Shown: positions 63,627 through 64,000 of the stretch, one piece after another | How positions within the stretch are numbered: position 1 is the first letter of the stretch | How the letters are laid out: each line of letters begins with the position of its first letter | Source: Vicugna vicugna | Lineage: Eukaryota | NCBI GenBank assembly: GCA_013265495.1 | Contig: MU058213.1 | Span: 4,922,854-4,986,853 of the forward strand | Length of the DNA stretch: 64,000 bases | Reading direction: 5' to 3' | Notes under the pieces: generated by a model | What the model was told of the DNA's origin: nothing | What the model saw: only the letters and a program-made list of their open reading frames with translations | Database searches by the model: none | Made by a program: the position numbers and the translations under genes

Positions 63627-64000
63627 CTTTGAGGGCACCTGTGGCCCAGGATCAGAAGGGGTTCAGTACTGTGGGGGAAATAAAGGCCTTCAGCTGTGGT
63701 CAGGGAACGGGATGAGGAAGGCTCCAGGGGAGCTTGCCAGGGAACAGCCACCTGACATGGGCTTTACTCAAGTATTTCTCATTTAGCTAGGGCTGGAGCA
63801 GGTTACTGAAATCCTTAGGCTTCAAAGCAGAGCTTATTTGAGAATTTTGATACATTAATTAATCTGATCAGAATGGATTAGATTGCAATGATACAGACAT
63901 AGCTGCAACTATGCTCCCTAAAATAGCTTCAGATTTTATCTACAGATTCTGTCTGATTGGGAGGGAACTGTCTCTTGTTTATTATAGCACCTTACATAGG

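Noticed and set aside
1..64000. The many 60-190 aa ORFs in the six-frame track as independent genes
   Set aside because: Apart from those overlapping MYZAP exons or L1 ORF2, they are low-complexity, antisense-to-repeat or chance ORFs with no recognisable domains or splice support.

Overview
Mammalian genomic DNA, very probably a camelid (alpaca/llama/camel): it has four tRNA-Ala-derived Vic-1-type SINEs and no recognisable Alu, Bov-tA/BovB, PRE1 or Can-SINE. The window holds the 3' two-thirds of MYZAP (myozap, the upstream part of the GCOM1/GRINL1A complex locus) on the + strand. Eight GT-AG coding exons (6-13 by recalled human numbering; 153, 126, 129, 80, 106, 84, 101, 97 nt) splice in frame to 291 aa plus stop, followed by a ~830-nt 3' UTR and AATAAA at 51654. 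POLR2M exons are not visible. The rest is intron and intergenic DNA rich in L1, L2, MIR, MaLR/ERVL/ERV1 LTRs and Tigger/hAT MITEs. The most unusual structure is in intron 12: a three-level nest of sense-oriented L1s with recognisable target-site duplications (TSDs). Its middle member is a chimera (L1 5' UTR, ORF1 stub fused to mid-ORF2, 3' tail from an ancient L1M) that appears to have retrotransposed as one unit. Other leads are a 61-nt intronic hairpin, a candidate 15-nt microexon, inverted L1 tails around exons 9-11, and a MER41-like solo LTR with a STAT-type motif. No prokaryote-type system (CRISPR, operon, rRNA) is present. Repeat family names come from recalled consensus sequences, and boundaries without a TSD are approximate.
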